DNA from: Squalus acanthias
Taxonomy: Eukaryota
DNA length: 64,000 nt
Direction: 5' to 3'
NCBI GenBank assembly: GCA_030390025.1
Contig: CM059432.1
Coordinates: 119,848,001 to 119,912,000 of the forward strand
Shown here: positions 48,433 through 61,249 of the stretch, in pieces
Layout: every line of letters begins with the position of its first letter
Position numbering within the stretch: the stretch's first letter is position 1
Program-made: the position numbers and the translations under genes
The notes under the pieces: generated by a model
The model's input: the letters and a program-made list of their open reading frames with translations, nothing else
Told to the model about the DNA's origin: nothing
The model's database searches: none

Positions 48433-50599
48433 TTTGTGTTCTCCTCACAGCTTACTGTCCCACCTAGCTTTGTATCATCAGCAAACTTGGATACATTACA
48501 CTCGGTCCCTTCATCTAGATCATTAATATAGATTGTAAATAGCGGCACCCCACTAGTTACAGCCTGCTAACCTGAAAAAGACCCATTTATCCCTACTCTC
48601 TCTTTTCTGTCCATTAACCAATTCTCTATCCATGATACTATATTACCCCCAACCCCATGAGCACTTATCTTGTGTAATAACCTTTTATGTGGCAACTTAT
48701 CGAATGCCTCTTGGAAATCCAAATATACTACATCCACTGGTTCCCCTTTATCTACCCTGCTAATTACATCCACAAAAAACTCTAATAAATTTGTCAAACA
48801 CAATTTACCTTTCAAAAAACCATGTTGACTCTGTCTCATCATGTTATGATTTTCTAAGTGCCCTGATACCACTTCCTTAACAATGGATTCTAGCATTTTC
48901 CCTACTACTGATGTCAGGCTAACAGGCCTGTTTTCTCTCTCCCTCCTTTCTTGAATAGTGGTGTTACATTTGCTACCTTCCAATCCACTGGGACCGTTCT
49001 AGAATCTAGGGAATATTGGAAGATCAAAACCAATGCATCCACTATTTCTGCAGCCACCTCTTTTAGAATCCAGGATGTTGGCCATCAGGTTCAGGGGATT
49101 TGTCAGCTTTTAGTCCCATTAGTTTCTCTAGTACTTTTTCTCTACTTATATTAATTACGTTAAGTTCCTCACCCTCATTAGACCCTTGGTTCCCCACTAT
49201 TTTTGGTATGCTGTTTGTGTCTTCTACTGTGAAGACAGATATAAAATATTTGTTTAACGTTTCTGCCATTTCCTTATAACACATATCTCAGCCTCTAAGG
49301 GACAACATTTACTTTTGCTACTCTCTTCCTTTTTACATACTTGTAGAAGCTCTTACAATCTGTTTTTATATTTCTTGCTAGTTTTCTCTCATATTTAATT
49401 TTTTCCCTTTTTATCAATTTTTTGGTCATCCTTTGCTGGTTTCTGAAACTCTCCCAATCCTCAGGCTTACTACTATTCTTTGCAACATTATAAGCTTCTT
49501 CTTTCAATCTAATGCTATCCTTAACTTCTTTAGTTAGCCACAGATGGATCACTTTTCCCATGGAGTTTTTGTTTCTCAATGGAATGTATTTTTGTTGAGA
49601 ATTATGAAATATTTCTTTAAATGCTAGCCACTGCTTATCTAACGCCATACCTTTTAATCTATTTTTCCAATCTACCTTAGCCAACTCACCCCTCATAGCT
49701 ATGTAATTGACTTTATTTAAGTTTAAGACTCTAGTTTCTGACTTAGGCAAGTCACTCTCAAACTTAACGTGAAATTCTATCATATTATGATCACTCTGCC
49801 CCAGAGGATCCTTTACTATGAGATTGCTAATTAACCCTGTCTCATTACACAATACAAGATCTAAAATAACCTGTTCCCTGCTTGGTTCCATGATGCATTG
49901 TTCCAGGAAACTGTCCCAAATGCATTCCATGAACTCGTCCTCCAGACTACCTTTGCCAATTTGATTTTTCCAGTCTATATGAAGATTAAAGTCCTCCACA
50001 CTTATTGCATTACCTTTGTTTCAAGCTCCTATTATTTCTTGATTAATACTTTGTCCAACGCTATAGCTACTGTTAGGGAGCCTATATACTACTCCCACCA
50101 GTGTTTTATGCCCCTTGTTATTCCTTATCTCCACCCATGCTGATTCTACTTCCTGATCTTCCGAGCTGAGATCCTTTCTCTCTACTGTCCTTATGCCATC
50201 CTTTATTATCAGTGCTAACTCCCCTCCTTTTCCATTCTGCCTGTCTTTTCGAAATGTCAAGTACCCTGCAACATTTAGTTCCCAAGCTTGGTCACCTTGC
50301 AACCACGTCTCTGTAATGGCTATTAGATCAAACCCATTTATCTCTATTTGTGCCACTAGTTCATCTATATTGTTATGAATGCTTCCTGCATTCAGATAAA
50401 GAGCATATAATTTAATTTTTTTACCATTATTCCCTGCTTTGACCTTATTCTCTGAATCACTGCTATCGTTAAACTTCCTGTCCCTTCCTGTCACACTCTG
50501 CTTATTTTTACCCAAATCGTTACACTGCTCTATTGCCTTGACCTTTCTCTTTAGATTTCTAAATTTCCCCTCACCTGACCCCTCCACCCCCTTTTTTAG

Positions 50600-51524
50600 T
50601 TGAAAGCCCTATCTACAGCCCTAGTTACTCGATTTGCCAGGACGCTGGTTCCAGCCCAGTTTAAGTGGAGCCCATCCTGATGGAACAGCTCCCTCTTTCC
50701 CCAGTACTGGTGCCAGTGCCCCATGAATCAAACCCCTTCTTCCCACACCACTCTTTGAGCCACGCATTTAACTCTCTGATCTGCTTGACCCTATGACAAT
50801 TTGCGCGTGGCTCAGGTAGTAATACAGAGATTATTACCCTTGAGGTTCTGCTTATTAATTTAGACCCTAACTCCTCAAACTCCCTCAGCAGAACCTCATT
50901 CTTAGTTCTACCTATGTTGTTGGTTCCTACATGGACCACGACAACTGGATCCTCCCCCTCCCACTCCAAGTTCTTCTCTAGCCGCGAGGAGATATCCTTA
51001 ACCCTGGCACCGGGCAGGCAACTCTCTTTATGGCTGCAGAGAACAGTATCTATCCCTTTGACTATACTATCCCCTACCACTACCACATTCCTTCCTTCTC
51101 CACCCACTTGGGTGGCCCCCTGTACCACGGTGCTGTGGTCAGTTTGCCCATCCTCCCTGCAGTCATTTTCCTCATCCATACAGGTAGCAAGTACCTCGTA
51201 CCTGTTGGACAAGGTCCAGGGCTGAGTCTCCTCCATCACTACATCCTGGGTCCCCATACCTGCCTGACTCGCACTCACACCCTCCTGTCCCTGACCACTG
51301 ATGAACTCTAAAGTACTACTTAACCTAAAGGGTGTGACTGTCTCCTGGAACAAAGTGTCCTGGTAACTCACCCCTTCCCTGATGCATCGCAATGTCTGTA
51401 ACTCGTACCCCAGCTCAACAACTCTGAGCCGAAGTTCCTCGAGTTGCAGACACTTACTGCAGATATGGTTGCTCTCCACAAACTCCCACATGCTGCAGTT
51501 ATGACACACCACCTGCCCTGCCAT
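50600..51524 (-). pseudogene. CR1 ORF1: CxxC zinc finger/leucine zipper plus SGNH esterase-like domain (frameshifted near the C-terminus)
   Basis: VVCHNCSMWE..ICSKCLQLEELRLRVVEL; VVVVGDSIV; CLPGARVKD; VVVHVGTNN. Confidence 0.88.
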
Positions 51525-53435
51525 CTCTAACCTTGTTTTATTTATTAATTAATTAGTTAGAGCTTTTATTCAATCGAGATTTTAGTTTTATTGTCTGATT
51601 ATATTATCTCGTTTAAGTTATAAACTTAATAAGTATTAGCAAGTTACAGTTTCTCAGCAGTTAACATAACCCCCTTCCCTAACTTAGAGAACAAACAAAA
51701 GCTGTAATAGTCACCAACCAATCATCTACCTGCTCTCCTGTGACGTCACTATTTGATTTGTTTTTGAATCGGAGCCTCGCCGCTGCCGCAGCTTTAATTC
51801 ACCTCCGCTCCCAAGCCGCTCTTTATCCTCTCGCCGCTGCCACTGCTTTAAATTGTGGCATGAGACAGGAAGACTTTAAGGTGCATTTTCAGATTGGCTG
51901 CGGTAAATGGTAAGAAACAGATACAAAAGTCACTCGAAGTGAAGAGTGTTGTTTACATGTAATTTTCAATGATTAGTCCCTTGTCATATTCTGCATAGCT
52001 CCAGAATTGGATTTGTGTAGGGAGCGCACTCATGGTTTGAATGGAAAATTGCAGTGTAAATGAAATTTAAAGGGGGGTGTACAATTCAAGAGAAGTGTGA
52101 TAACAAGAGAGCAAAAGTTCATGCAGCCTTAGGAAAGATTCAAACAGCATTTCAACCTGTTGACAACCTTTGCCACAACTAAAAAGGTGATCCTGTTTTT
52201 CACTCCATGCCATCATCCTCATAGATCAGTATTGCAGCATGCCTGGTAGCAGAAGGAGACAGGAGTTGAGAGCACAGCTTACCTGTACCTTCAATGGCTT
52301 TTCCAGCTCTATGCTGCATGTTAGCTGCTGGTGTCCTTGCAGCAGTTGGCACAGCTCTGCATCTGTTTCTCTGCTAGCCCAGATTCTTTGAAAAATGCTC
52401 CCCATGTCTATTAGCAGGTAGGTATGACAATGCCAGTGGATATTGTTGGCGCATTAGCTGGTGCATCCATTCAGGCATTGATGGCTGTTGATCACCCTAG
52501 CATGCCTTCTTTTATGCAGTACCACAAAAAGCATGATTTACTATGCTTCCAAAGAACCATCTAACAGTATAGTTAGTTAGGCCTGCACATATGGCATTCG
52601 TGACTTTGGGTCTGCTGTCACAGTCTGCCTTGCGAATTGGAGGCTCTGCATGTTTGTACAAGAGGGGGCTGGTACATGTGCACGGAACATCTTTGGTGTA
52701 GCCTTACCTGCCTGACATCCCCTTGCTGGTCTTCCACATCTTCCTCCAAAAAGCTGAGAAAGGGAAATTCGCATTGGGAAACCCACTGGTGGCAGTATCG
52801 GAGCTGTAGGAACAAGAAAGTAGCAGCAGACCAAGTACCACAAAAGTTCCCCAAAATCTAAGTGGCAGCAGAAAAAACCCCCAATATGATTGAGCATCAA
52901 GCATGCACAAGAATCGGGAAATTGCGTGCAGGTTGTTCTCCCATCACAACTATTATAATGAATGTCTTATCTGTCTGAGTCAGGCGCTTCCTGCTCCTGT
53001 TTTTCCCTGTTGCCTGGAAATTTGTGAGATGCACCAAATGGGTAGAGATGTGGCAGAATGGACCTCTATCCATTTATCCAATTGGGTTTGTAAATTGGCA
53101 AACTCACTCACGATATCTAACCTTTAGCTTGAGATTAGTGGCTGTATTGCCAATCACACATATTAAAACTACACATTATCAAAAGTACCCCATGAACCCA
53201 AGCTTGTGTTACATAATCACTATTCCTTGATTTATCTTCTCTTGAACTTTTTCCACCTGGGTGGCACCCTGCACTATGGGTCATAGTCTTCCATCTATTT
53301 TCTCAGTGAAAACAAGGCACAGGTTTTTTTTTAAAGCTTCTTAATGAGCTGTTCCTTCTCCTCTTCTCTTTTCAGATCTTCTAGATATGTCCTAGTTCTC
53401 TTGCTCCTTGCAAAAGTTATTAGGTTTCACAAATA

Positions 53436-54070
53436 TCAGAGGGACAAGAATAGGCCATTCAGCCCCTCGAGCCTGTTCTGCCATTCAATTAGATCATGGC
53501 TGATCTGTACCTCAACTCTATTTCCTACCTTTGCTGCATATCCTTTGATACCCTTGGCTAGCAAAAGTCTATTGAACTCAGTCTTGAAAAGTTTAATTGA
53601 CCCAGCATCCGCAGCCTTTATGGGAAGAGAGTTCCAGATTTCTACTACCCTTTGTGTGGAAAAAGTGCCTCCTGATTTCACTCCTGAATGGTCTAGCTCT
53701 AATTTTAAGATTATGCCCCCTTGTTCTGGATTCCCTCACCTGAGGAAATAGTTTCACTGTACCTACTCTATCGGATCCCTTTATCATTTTAAAAACCTCG
53801 ATTAGATCACCCCTCAACCTTCTGAACCCAAGGGAATACAAATCAAGTTTATGCAACCTGTCTTCATAATTTAACCCTTCAAGCCCTGGTATTATTTTGG
53901 TGAATCTGCACTGTACCCCCTCCAAGGCCAAAATCGTTTTCCTGATCGTTTTCCCCCAAAACTGAACACAGTGCTCCAGGTGGGGTCTGAGCAAAGCTCT
54001 GAGCAACTGAAGCATCATTTCCTCACTTTTGCATTCCAAACCCCTTGAGCTAAAGATCAACATTCTATTA
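53436..54070 (-). mobile_element. CR1 3' fragment
   Basis: ORF 53593..54168 LLRPHLEHCVQFW..RRLRGDLIEVFK..RTRGHNLK; CR1 3' UTR. Confidence 0.9.
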
Positions 54071-54367
54071 TCTTTGATATTAACTCCATCTGCCAAAGGA
54101 GGCCTGGAATGGTTCCACTGGAGCAGCTGTAATTTGTTTACCAGATTTGCGAGCAGCCAAACTGCCATCTAAGGCTGCCAAATTGTTTTTTTTTTTTTTT
54201 TCTACTGCACAAAATTCCAGTATCCTCCTTTCGTTATGGTCTGCACACAGATCACTGAGAATCTGCCAATAGACCCTTCAACAGGATTAAATCTTGCTGC
54301 ACAACATTAATAATGAATAAATTAAAATAAATGGGTGGTTGCCTTTGTCCAAAAAAAATTAGGAATT

Positions 54368-55545
54368 CCACTCCAACTAGGGCTGCCCTGTCCACTCCAA
54401 ACATGGCTGCCCTGTCCACTCCAAACATGGCTGCCCTGTCCACTCCAAACATGGCTGCCCTGTCCACTCCAAACATGGCTGCCCTGTCCACTCCACCCAT
54501 GGCTACCCTGTCCACTCCACCCATGGCTACCCTGTCCACTCCACCCATGGCTGCCCTGTCCACTCCAAACATGGCTGCCCTGTACACTCCAAACATGGCT
54601 GCCCTGTCCACTCCAAACATGGCTGCCCTGTCGACTCCACCCATGGCTACCCTGTCCACTCCACCCATGGCTGCCCTGTCCACTCCAAACATGGCTGCCC
54701 TGTCCACTCCAAACATGGCTGCCCTGTCGACTCCACCCATGGCTACCCTGTCCACTCCACCCATGGCTGCCCTGTCCATTCCACACATGGCTGCCCTTTC
54801 CACTCCAAACATGGCTGCCCTGTCCACTCCAAACATGGCTGTCCTGTCCACTCCAAACATGGCTGCCCTGTCCATTCCACCCATGGCTGCCCTGTCGATT
54901 GTCTTAAGCCTGTTAGCAGTAATAAAAGTGCGACTTGTAATGTTGGGGAGGGAGGAGGGGAACTATTCAGCGCCATATCGAGGATCAGAGTTTTACTGAC
55001 ATAAACATGGCTGCCCTGTCCACTCCACCCATGGCTGCCCTGTCGATTGTCTTAAGCCTGTTAGCAGTAATAAAAGTGCGACTTGTAATGCTGGGGAGGG
55101 AGGAGGGGAACTATTCAGCGCCATATCGAGGATCAGAGTTTTACTGACATAAACATGGCTGCCCTGTCCACTCCACCCATGGCTGCCCTGTCCACTCCAA
55201 ACATGGCTGCCCTGTCCATTCCACCCATGGCTGCCCTGTTGACTCCAACCATGGCTGCCCTGTCCACTCCACCCATGGCTGCCATGTCCACTCCAACTAG
55301 GGCTGCCCTGTCCACTCCAAACATGGCCGCCCTGTCCACTCCAACTAGGGCTGCCCTGTCCACTCCAAACATGGCTGCCCTGTCCACACCACCCATGGCT
55401 GCCCTGTCCATTCCACCCATGGCTGCCCTGTCCACTCCAAACATGGCTGCCCTGTCCATTCCACCCATGACTGCCCGGTCGACTCCAACCATGGCTTCCC
55501 TGTCCACTCCAAACATGGCTTCCCTGTCCACTCCAATCATGGTTG
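54368..55545. repeat. 24-bp minisatellite (CATGGCTGCCCTGTCCACTCCAAA/CC, about 40 copies) with an internal 148-bp tandem duplication
   Basis: About 22 units in 54368-54896. A non-repeat block of about 105 bp starts at 54897 and again at 55045. About 16 more units follow to 55545. Confidence 0.97.
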
Positions 55546-55938
55546 CCCATGATTGCTGGCTGTTACCACTACAAAGCAGGACATTTAGAAAGGTAATTTT
55601 CTGACGTGGTGCTCTGCTGTCAGGAGCGGACAGCAAGCATGCTGGTACATGCTGAGCATTCTGCTTACTTACACCGTGTGCTTCTGACAGGTGAGGCTCC
55701 CCACTGAGAGGGCCAATTTGGAAAATTTCCCTTATATTCTCTGTTACTCCACACTGTGGGAGATAATTGAACATTGTTACTTATGTTTACAAATCAGAAA
55801 AATGTCTGCAAGGTGACTGTTTGGCATGCCTCAATGCAGGCTGTGGCCACGAGAGGGCCGTACCATTGTAAAATTCGAAATATGCTATGTGCCTTGAATC
55901 TGCCACCCCTCCCAACAATTGGTCCTCTTAGTGTTTTT

Positions 55939-56045
55939 AAAAGAAAAGAAAGGACTTACATTTATATAGCGCCTTTCACAACCTCAGGACATCCCAAAGC
56001 GTTTATAGCCATTTAAGTACTTTTGAAGTGTAGTCACTGTTCTAA
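55939..56045 (-). mobile_element. DeuSINE 3' end fragment
   Basis: aaagaaaagaaaggacttacatttatatagcgcctttcacaacc..agtacttttgaagtg is the reverse complement of the 3' end of the 19168 SINE. Confidence 0.85.
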
Positions 56046-56049
56046 TTTT

Positions 56050-56192
56050 AATTGAGAAGTCGCACAACACCAGGTTATAGTCCAACAGTTTTATTTGAAA
56101 TCACAAGCTTTCGGAGCGGCTGCTCCTTCGTCAGGTGAAGTAAAGGAATACAAATTGACAAAGCATATATAGATAGAGAACAATGCATTGTT
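56050..56192 (-). mobile_element. Third Penelope-like terminal fragment
   Basis: Colinear with 28059-28199 (aattgagaagtcgcacaacaccaggttatagtccaacag..); ends in the palindrome aacaatgcattgtt. Confidence 0.85.
56101..56138 (-). ncRNA. Minimal type I hammerhead ribozyme motif (intact core)
   Basis: Minus strand UCAC-CUGACGA-A-GGAGC-AGCC-GCUCC-GAAA-GC-UU-GUGA: stem I UCAC/GUGA, core CUGANGA and GAAA, 5-bp stem II, palindromic AAGCUU in place of stem III, CUU as NUH. This fits the minimal hammerheads known from Penelope-like elements. Activity is not shown. Confidence 0.7.
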
Positions 56193-56256
56193 TTTGTACT
56201 TAATGGCTATATTTATAAAGCCCAGGATCCCGTATGCTTTTTTAACCGCTTTCTAA

Positions 56257-57549
56257 ATTTACAAAAGGTAAATCATGCTTGACTAATCTACTGGAAATTT
56301 TTGAGGGTGTAACTGGTAGAATAGATAAGGGAGAACCAGTGGATGTGGTGTATTTGGACTTTCAGAAGGCTTTCGATAAGGTCCCGCATAAGAGATTAGC
56401 GTGCAAAGTTAAAGCACGTGGAACTGGGGGTAAGGTACTGACTCGGATGGAGAACTGGTTGGCAGACAGGAAGCAAAGAGTTGGAATAAACGGGTCTTTT
56501 TCCGAGTGGCAGGCAGTGACTAGTGGGGCACCGCAGGGATCGGTGTTAGGACCCCAGCTATTCACAATATATATGAATGATCTAGACGAGGGAACTAGAT
56601 GTAATATCTCTAAGTTTACAGACAACATAAAGCTGGGTGGGCGTGTGTGCTGTGAGGAGGATGCAGAGAAACTCCAGTATGATTTGGACAGGTTGGGTGA
56701 TTGGGCAGATGCATGGCAGATGCAGTATAATGTGGATAAATGCGAGGTTATCCACTTTGGTGGCAAAAACAGGAAGGCAGATTATTATCTGAATGGCAAT
56801 AGATTGGGAAAAGGGGAGGTGCAACGAGTCCTGGGTGTCCTTGTGCACCAGTCGCTGAAGGTAAGCATGCAGGTGCAGCAGGCGGTTAAGAAGGCAAATG
56901 GTATGTTGGCCTTCATAGCGAGAGGATTCGAGTACAGGAGCAAGGATGTCTTGCTGCAGTTGTACAGGGCCTTGGTGAGACCACACCTTGAGTATTGTGT
57001 GCAGTTTTGGTCACCTTATCTGAGGAAGGAGGTTCTTGCCATGGAGGGAGTGCAGCGGAGATTCACCAGACTGATACCTGGGATGGCAGGAATGACGTAT
57101 GAAGAGAGATTGGGTTAATTAGGCTTATATTCGCTAGAGTTTAGAAGAATGAGAGGGGATCTCATTGAAACTTATAAAATTCTAACAGGACTAGACAGAC
57201 TAGATGCAAGAAGGATGTTCACGATGGCGGGGGAGTCCAGAACCAGGGGTCACAGTCTAAGGATAAGGGGTAAGCCATTTAGGACAGAGATGAGGAGGAA
57301 TTTCTTCACCCAGAGAGTGGTGAACCTGTGGAATTCTCTACCACAGAAGGCAGTTGAGGCCAATTCATTAAATATATTCAAGAAGGAGTTTGATATATTT
57401 CTTCAGGCTAAAGGGATCAAGGGATATGGGGAGAAAGCAGGGACAGGGTACTGAATTTGGATGATCAGCCATGATCTCATTAAATGGCGGAACAGGCTCG
57501 AGGGCCCGAATGGCCTACTCCTGCCCCTATCTTCTATGTTTCTATGTTT
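56257..57549 (+). mobile_element. Young CR1 LINE, 5'-truncated, inserted into an older minus-strand CR1
   Basis: ORFs 56279..57118 and 57149..57454 in one frame with a single stop; tail ttctatgtttctatgtt. Confidence 0.95.
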
Positions 57550-58080
57550 AAACCTGCCCTGCCACCTTCAACAATTTGCGCACATATGCCACCAGGTGTC
57601 TCTGTTCCTGCATCCTCTTTAGAATTGTACCCTTTAGTTTATATTGCCTCTCCTCATTCTTCCTACCAAAATGTATCACTTCGCATTTTCTGCGTTAAAT
57701 TTCATCTGCCATGTGTCCATCCATTCCACTAGCCTGTCTATGTCCTCCTGAAGTCTATGACTATCCTCCTCACTGTTCACTATACTTCCAAGTTTCGTGT
57801 CATCTGCAAATTTTGAAATAGTGCCCTGTACATCCAAGTCCAAGTCATTGATATATATCACGAAAAGCAGTGGTCCTAGTACCGACCCCTGGGGAACACC
57901 ACTGAATACCTTCTTTCAGTTTGAAAAACAACCGTTCACCACTACTCTCTGTTTCCTTGTCACTTAGCCAATTTCGTATCCATGCTGCCACTGTCCCTTT
58001 TATTCCATAGGCTTCAACTTTGCTGGCAACCCTATTATGTGGCACTTTATCAAACTCCTTTTAGAAGTCTATGTACACCA
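57550..58080 (-). mobile_element. Older CR1 RT fragment (continues at about 56192-56255)
   Basis: [40 protein letters not shown]. Confidence 0.88.
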
Positions 58081-58570
58081 CCTCTTCTATTATCCTATCC
58101 TTTCTCTCACCCTCTTTCCTTCGCCTCCCCTTCTCTTATTACCCCATCCCTTTTCTCTCCTTTCCACTCCTCTCCCACCTCCCTTTCACTCCTTTCTCCC
58201 TGTTCCTATCCCCTTCCCTCTTCTCCTCTCTCCCTCTCGACTTCTTGCTTCTTCTCTCTTTTATCTTCTCCACCATTCCCTGTCTCCCTGCTCCCACTTT
58301 CTTCCCCATCCCTTCTTCCCCATTCCCTGTTCTCTCCAATCCCCAGTCCACTTCCCATTAAGCCATCCCACGCCTCACCTTCTTATCGCCATGCCTCTAT
58401 CTTTCCTCACGTCCTCTTCTCCCCGTCCTAACCAGCTCCTCTCTTCCTTCCCTCCTATCTGCCACTCCCTTAAATCCTTCCTTCCTCTAGTTCCTCCTCA
58501 TCTCCTTCCTCCCATCTGAATCCTCCCCCTCCTCCCCCTTGATCCAATTGTCTCCCCACCATCTTCCCTT
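58080..58570. repeat. Polypyrimidine (CT-rich) low-complexity tract
   Basis: About 490 bp, almost entirely C/T on the + strand. Confidence 0.9.
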
Positions 58571-58651
58571 GCTTAACCTGAATAGTGCCCTTGGTCTCAA
58601 TTCCCCATGAGCAATGCCACGGGCGATCAACTAGTTGTTATGAAACACCAT

Positions 58652-59413
58652 GGGCCAGAAATTCGGGTCTCAACGGGTGAGTACGCGCTGTGTACTCACC
58701 CGTAGACCCAAGGAAAGTGCCAGTTTCATGCATGCACTGCGCATGCGCTGGAAACCGGAACTTCCGTTCCAGTGAAAGAAGGCGTTCAGAGGTCGAACGC
58801 GTGCGCCGGAGAGGCAGCGCGCACGCAGTAAACTTTGTTTCTTTTTTCAGGTTTCTCCGTGAGGGCAAGTACAGAGAAGCTGCGCAGGAAAAAAGGAGGC
58901 GCAAGGCCTGCTTTTAACAAGGTAAGTGGTGAATTAAGTACAATTTAAACATTTTTTCAACAGGTTTATCTTTTTAACATACTTTAAAGAAAGGTAAGTT
59001 TATTTTTAGCACCGTTAAAAAGTGTAATTAATTTTTTTTTAAATTAAAATTTTTGTTTTAAGTAGTTAATTTATGTAATTTATAGTTATTTTAAAAATGT
59101 GATTTTTTTTTATTTATTTGAAGTTTTAGTGAGGATTTGGGGCTGATCTCTATTCATAGATTTGACAGGTCTTCCTGTCAAAATCTATGAATGAAGATTC
59201 CCTGCTCCGATTGGCTCTCCATGGCCCACGTGATCCCAGGGGACGCTTCCAACTAACTGTGCCCCTGGGATACGCAAGCACTGCGCGCCGGCAGCTGGAG
59301 GAGCCCCAGGAGCCGAATTTCACACGGGCCCGAAGCACAACGGCAGGCGCGGTATGTAAGTATGTGCGCGATCCTTGCACCCGCGGGAAGCCGGGGAGCC
59401 GAATTTCTGGCCC
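58652..59413. mobile_element. Harbinger-type MITE with GC-rich ends and AT-rich core
   Basis: Perfect 15-bp TIR GGGCCAGAAATTCGG / CCGAATTTCTGGCCC; homologous to 60506-61249; no clear TSD. Confidence 0.85.
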
Positions 59414-59530
59414 GTTCTTCTGATTAACTATGAGCAATGCTATAGGAGATCGACTAGTTGTTATGAAACACCATATCCTTTGAATAACTGTGAGTAATGT
59501 AGTGGGAGATCTGCTAGTCATAGAGTCATA

Positions 59531-59816
59531 GGGGGAAAAATTGGGTTGCTTTACGCCCAGTTAGTCCCCTCTTAGGGTCGCGCTGCGCAAGGCCCCTCCC
59601 CATTAAGAAGGGGAGGAAGGCCTGCAATACCGCGGCACATAGTGCCGCGATATTGAGTCGCAGCACCTCAAGAGGGATGCGGGGCGCTTCCAGTAGCGCC
59701 CCGCTTCCCTCTTGGGGCGCAACCACTCAAGTACCAGCGCGGGGACATTAATTTTTCTGGGGCGCTAAAAGTAGCACCATGGCGAAGTCAGCGGGGCGCT
59801 GCTCAATTTTTAGCCC
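59531..59816. mobile_element. Small CpG-rich Harbinger-type MITE in the CR1 tail microsatellite
   Basis: TIR GGGGGAAAAATTG / CAATTTTTAGCCC, TSD ATA; splits (catagagt)n. Confidence 0.8.
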
Positions 59817-60505
59817 ATAGAGTCATAACGGCAGAGAAGGAGGCCATTCGGCCCATCAGGTCCGTGCCAGCTCTCTGTAGATCAATCCAGTCAGTCCCGT
59901 TCCCCTGCTCTATTCCCGTAGCCCTGCAAGTTTATTTCCTTCAAGTGCCTATCCAGTCTCCCCTTGAAAACACTGAGTGTCTCCGCTTCCACCACTTCCG
60001 TTGGCAGCGAATTACAGTTCATCACCACTCACTGCGTAAAAAAGTTTTCCCTCACATCCCCCCTGTATCACTTGCCCAAAACCTTAAATCTGTGTCCCCT
60101 AGTCCTTGTACCATCAACTAGTGGGAACAGCCTTCCCCCGTCTAGCCTATCCAAATCAATCATAATCTTGTACACCTCTGTCAAATCACCCCTCAACCTC
60201 CTTTGCTCTAATGAAAACAAATCCAGCTTCTCCAACCTGTCCTTATAGCTAAGATCCCCCATCCCCGGAACCATTCTGTTAAATCTCCTCTGCACCCTCC
60301 CAAGGGCCTTCACTTCCTTCCTAAAGTGTGGTGACCAGAACTGGATGCAATACTCCAGTTGTGGCCTAACCAGCGCTTTATAAAGGTTCAGCATAACTTC
60401 TCTACTTTTGTACTCAATACCTCTATTTATGAAGCCCAAGATCCCATATGCTTTGTTAACCACTCTCTCAACATTTCCTGCCACCTTCAAGGACCTATGC
60501 ACATT

Positions 60506-61249
60506 GGCCCAAAAATTCATCCCGGTGCGCGAGAGTACGCACTGTGTACTCTCGCGTATTCCCTCTGCAATTGCCGGTTTTCTGCATGCCCTGCGCATGC
60601 GCTGAAAACCGGCAATTGCTCTTTTGAAAAGGGGGCGGTTCCTCGGTGCATCGCGTGCGCGCTACAGGCTGCGCGCACGCTGTGCACTTCATGCTTTGGA
60701 CGAGCAGGTAAGTACTGAAGATTTTAGAAATGTAAAAAGGAGGAGTAAGACCCACTTTTAACAAGGTAAGTAGTGAATTAAGTATTTTTCTGAATTTTTT
60801 TTTACAGGTATATCTTTTTTAGAGACTTTAAAGACAGGTAAGTTTATTTTTATAAATTTTTAAAAGATTTTAAATTTTTTCAAAAATTAAATTTTTTATT
60901 TAAAATGATTAATTTATTTAACTATACTTATTTTATTAATGTGATGGTTTTTTTTTTAAATTTAATTGAGGTTTAGCTGTTATTTTGGGGGGGTGTAAGA
61001 TTCATAGATTTCACAGCACGGAGGTGAAACTTATGAATGGAAGATGGTGTGCTGCCATTGGCTCTAACTGAGTCACGTGATCCCACAGCTCGCACGAATT
61101 CACTACGCCGGTGGGATACGCAAGCACTGCCCGGCTGATGTCTGCAACATCAAGTTCGTGCGAGCTGGATCTGAATAAGCACAAGCGAGGTGAGAGATCG
61201 CGGGGAAGGCTTACCCCCGCGGGAACAGAGCGAGATCAATTTCTGGGCC
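60506..61249. mobile_element. Harbinger-type MITE nested in CR1
   Basis: TIR GGCCCAAAAATT / AATTTCTGGGCC, TSD ATT; the CR1 rejoins (tgcacatt|aactcccagg). Confidence 0.88.

Larger units (their letters stand above)
46047..51850 (-). mobile_element. Near full-length CR1 LINE (5' UTR, ORF1, APE endonuclease, RT, 3' tail), degenerate, interrupted at 46922-48432
   Basis: ORF1 50661..51524, endonuclease (YLNAGSI..AITETWL, DFNLH..SDHN) in 50021..50587 and 49295..49999, RT in 48567..48983 and 46195..46920; tail acataagaaatagg. Confidence 0.95.

Noticed and set aside
54368..55545. CRISPR-like array or repeat-protein CDS (MAALSTPN / GVDRAAMF / WSGQGSH ORFs)
   Set aside because: Units are contiguous without unique spacers, the two spacer-like blocks are near-identical, there are no cas genes and the context is vertebrate. 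Open frames on both strands follow from a stop-free 24-bp unit.
57982..58519. Pro/Ser/Leu/Phe-rich ORFs
   Set aside because: By-product of the polypyrimidine tract.
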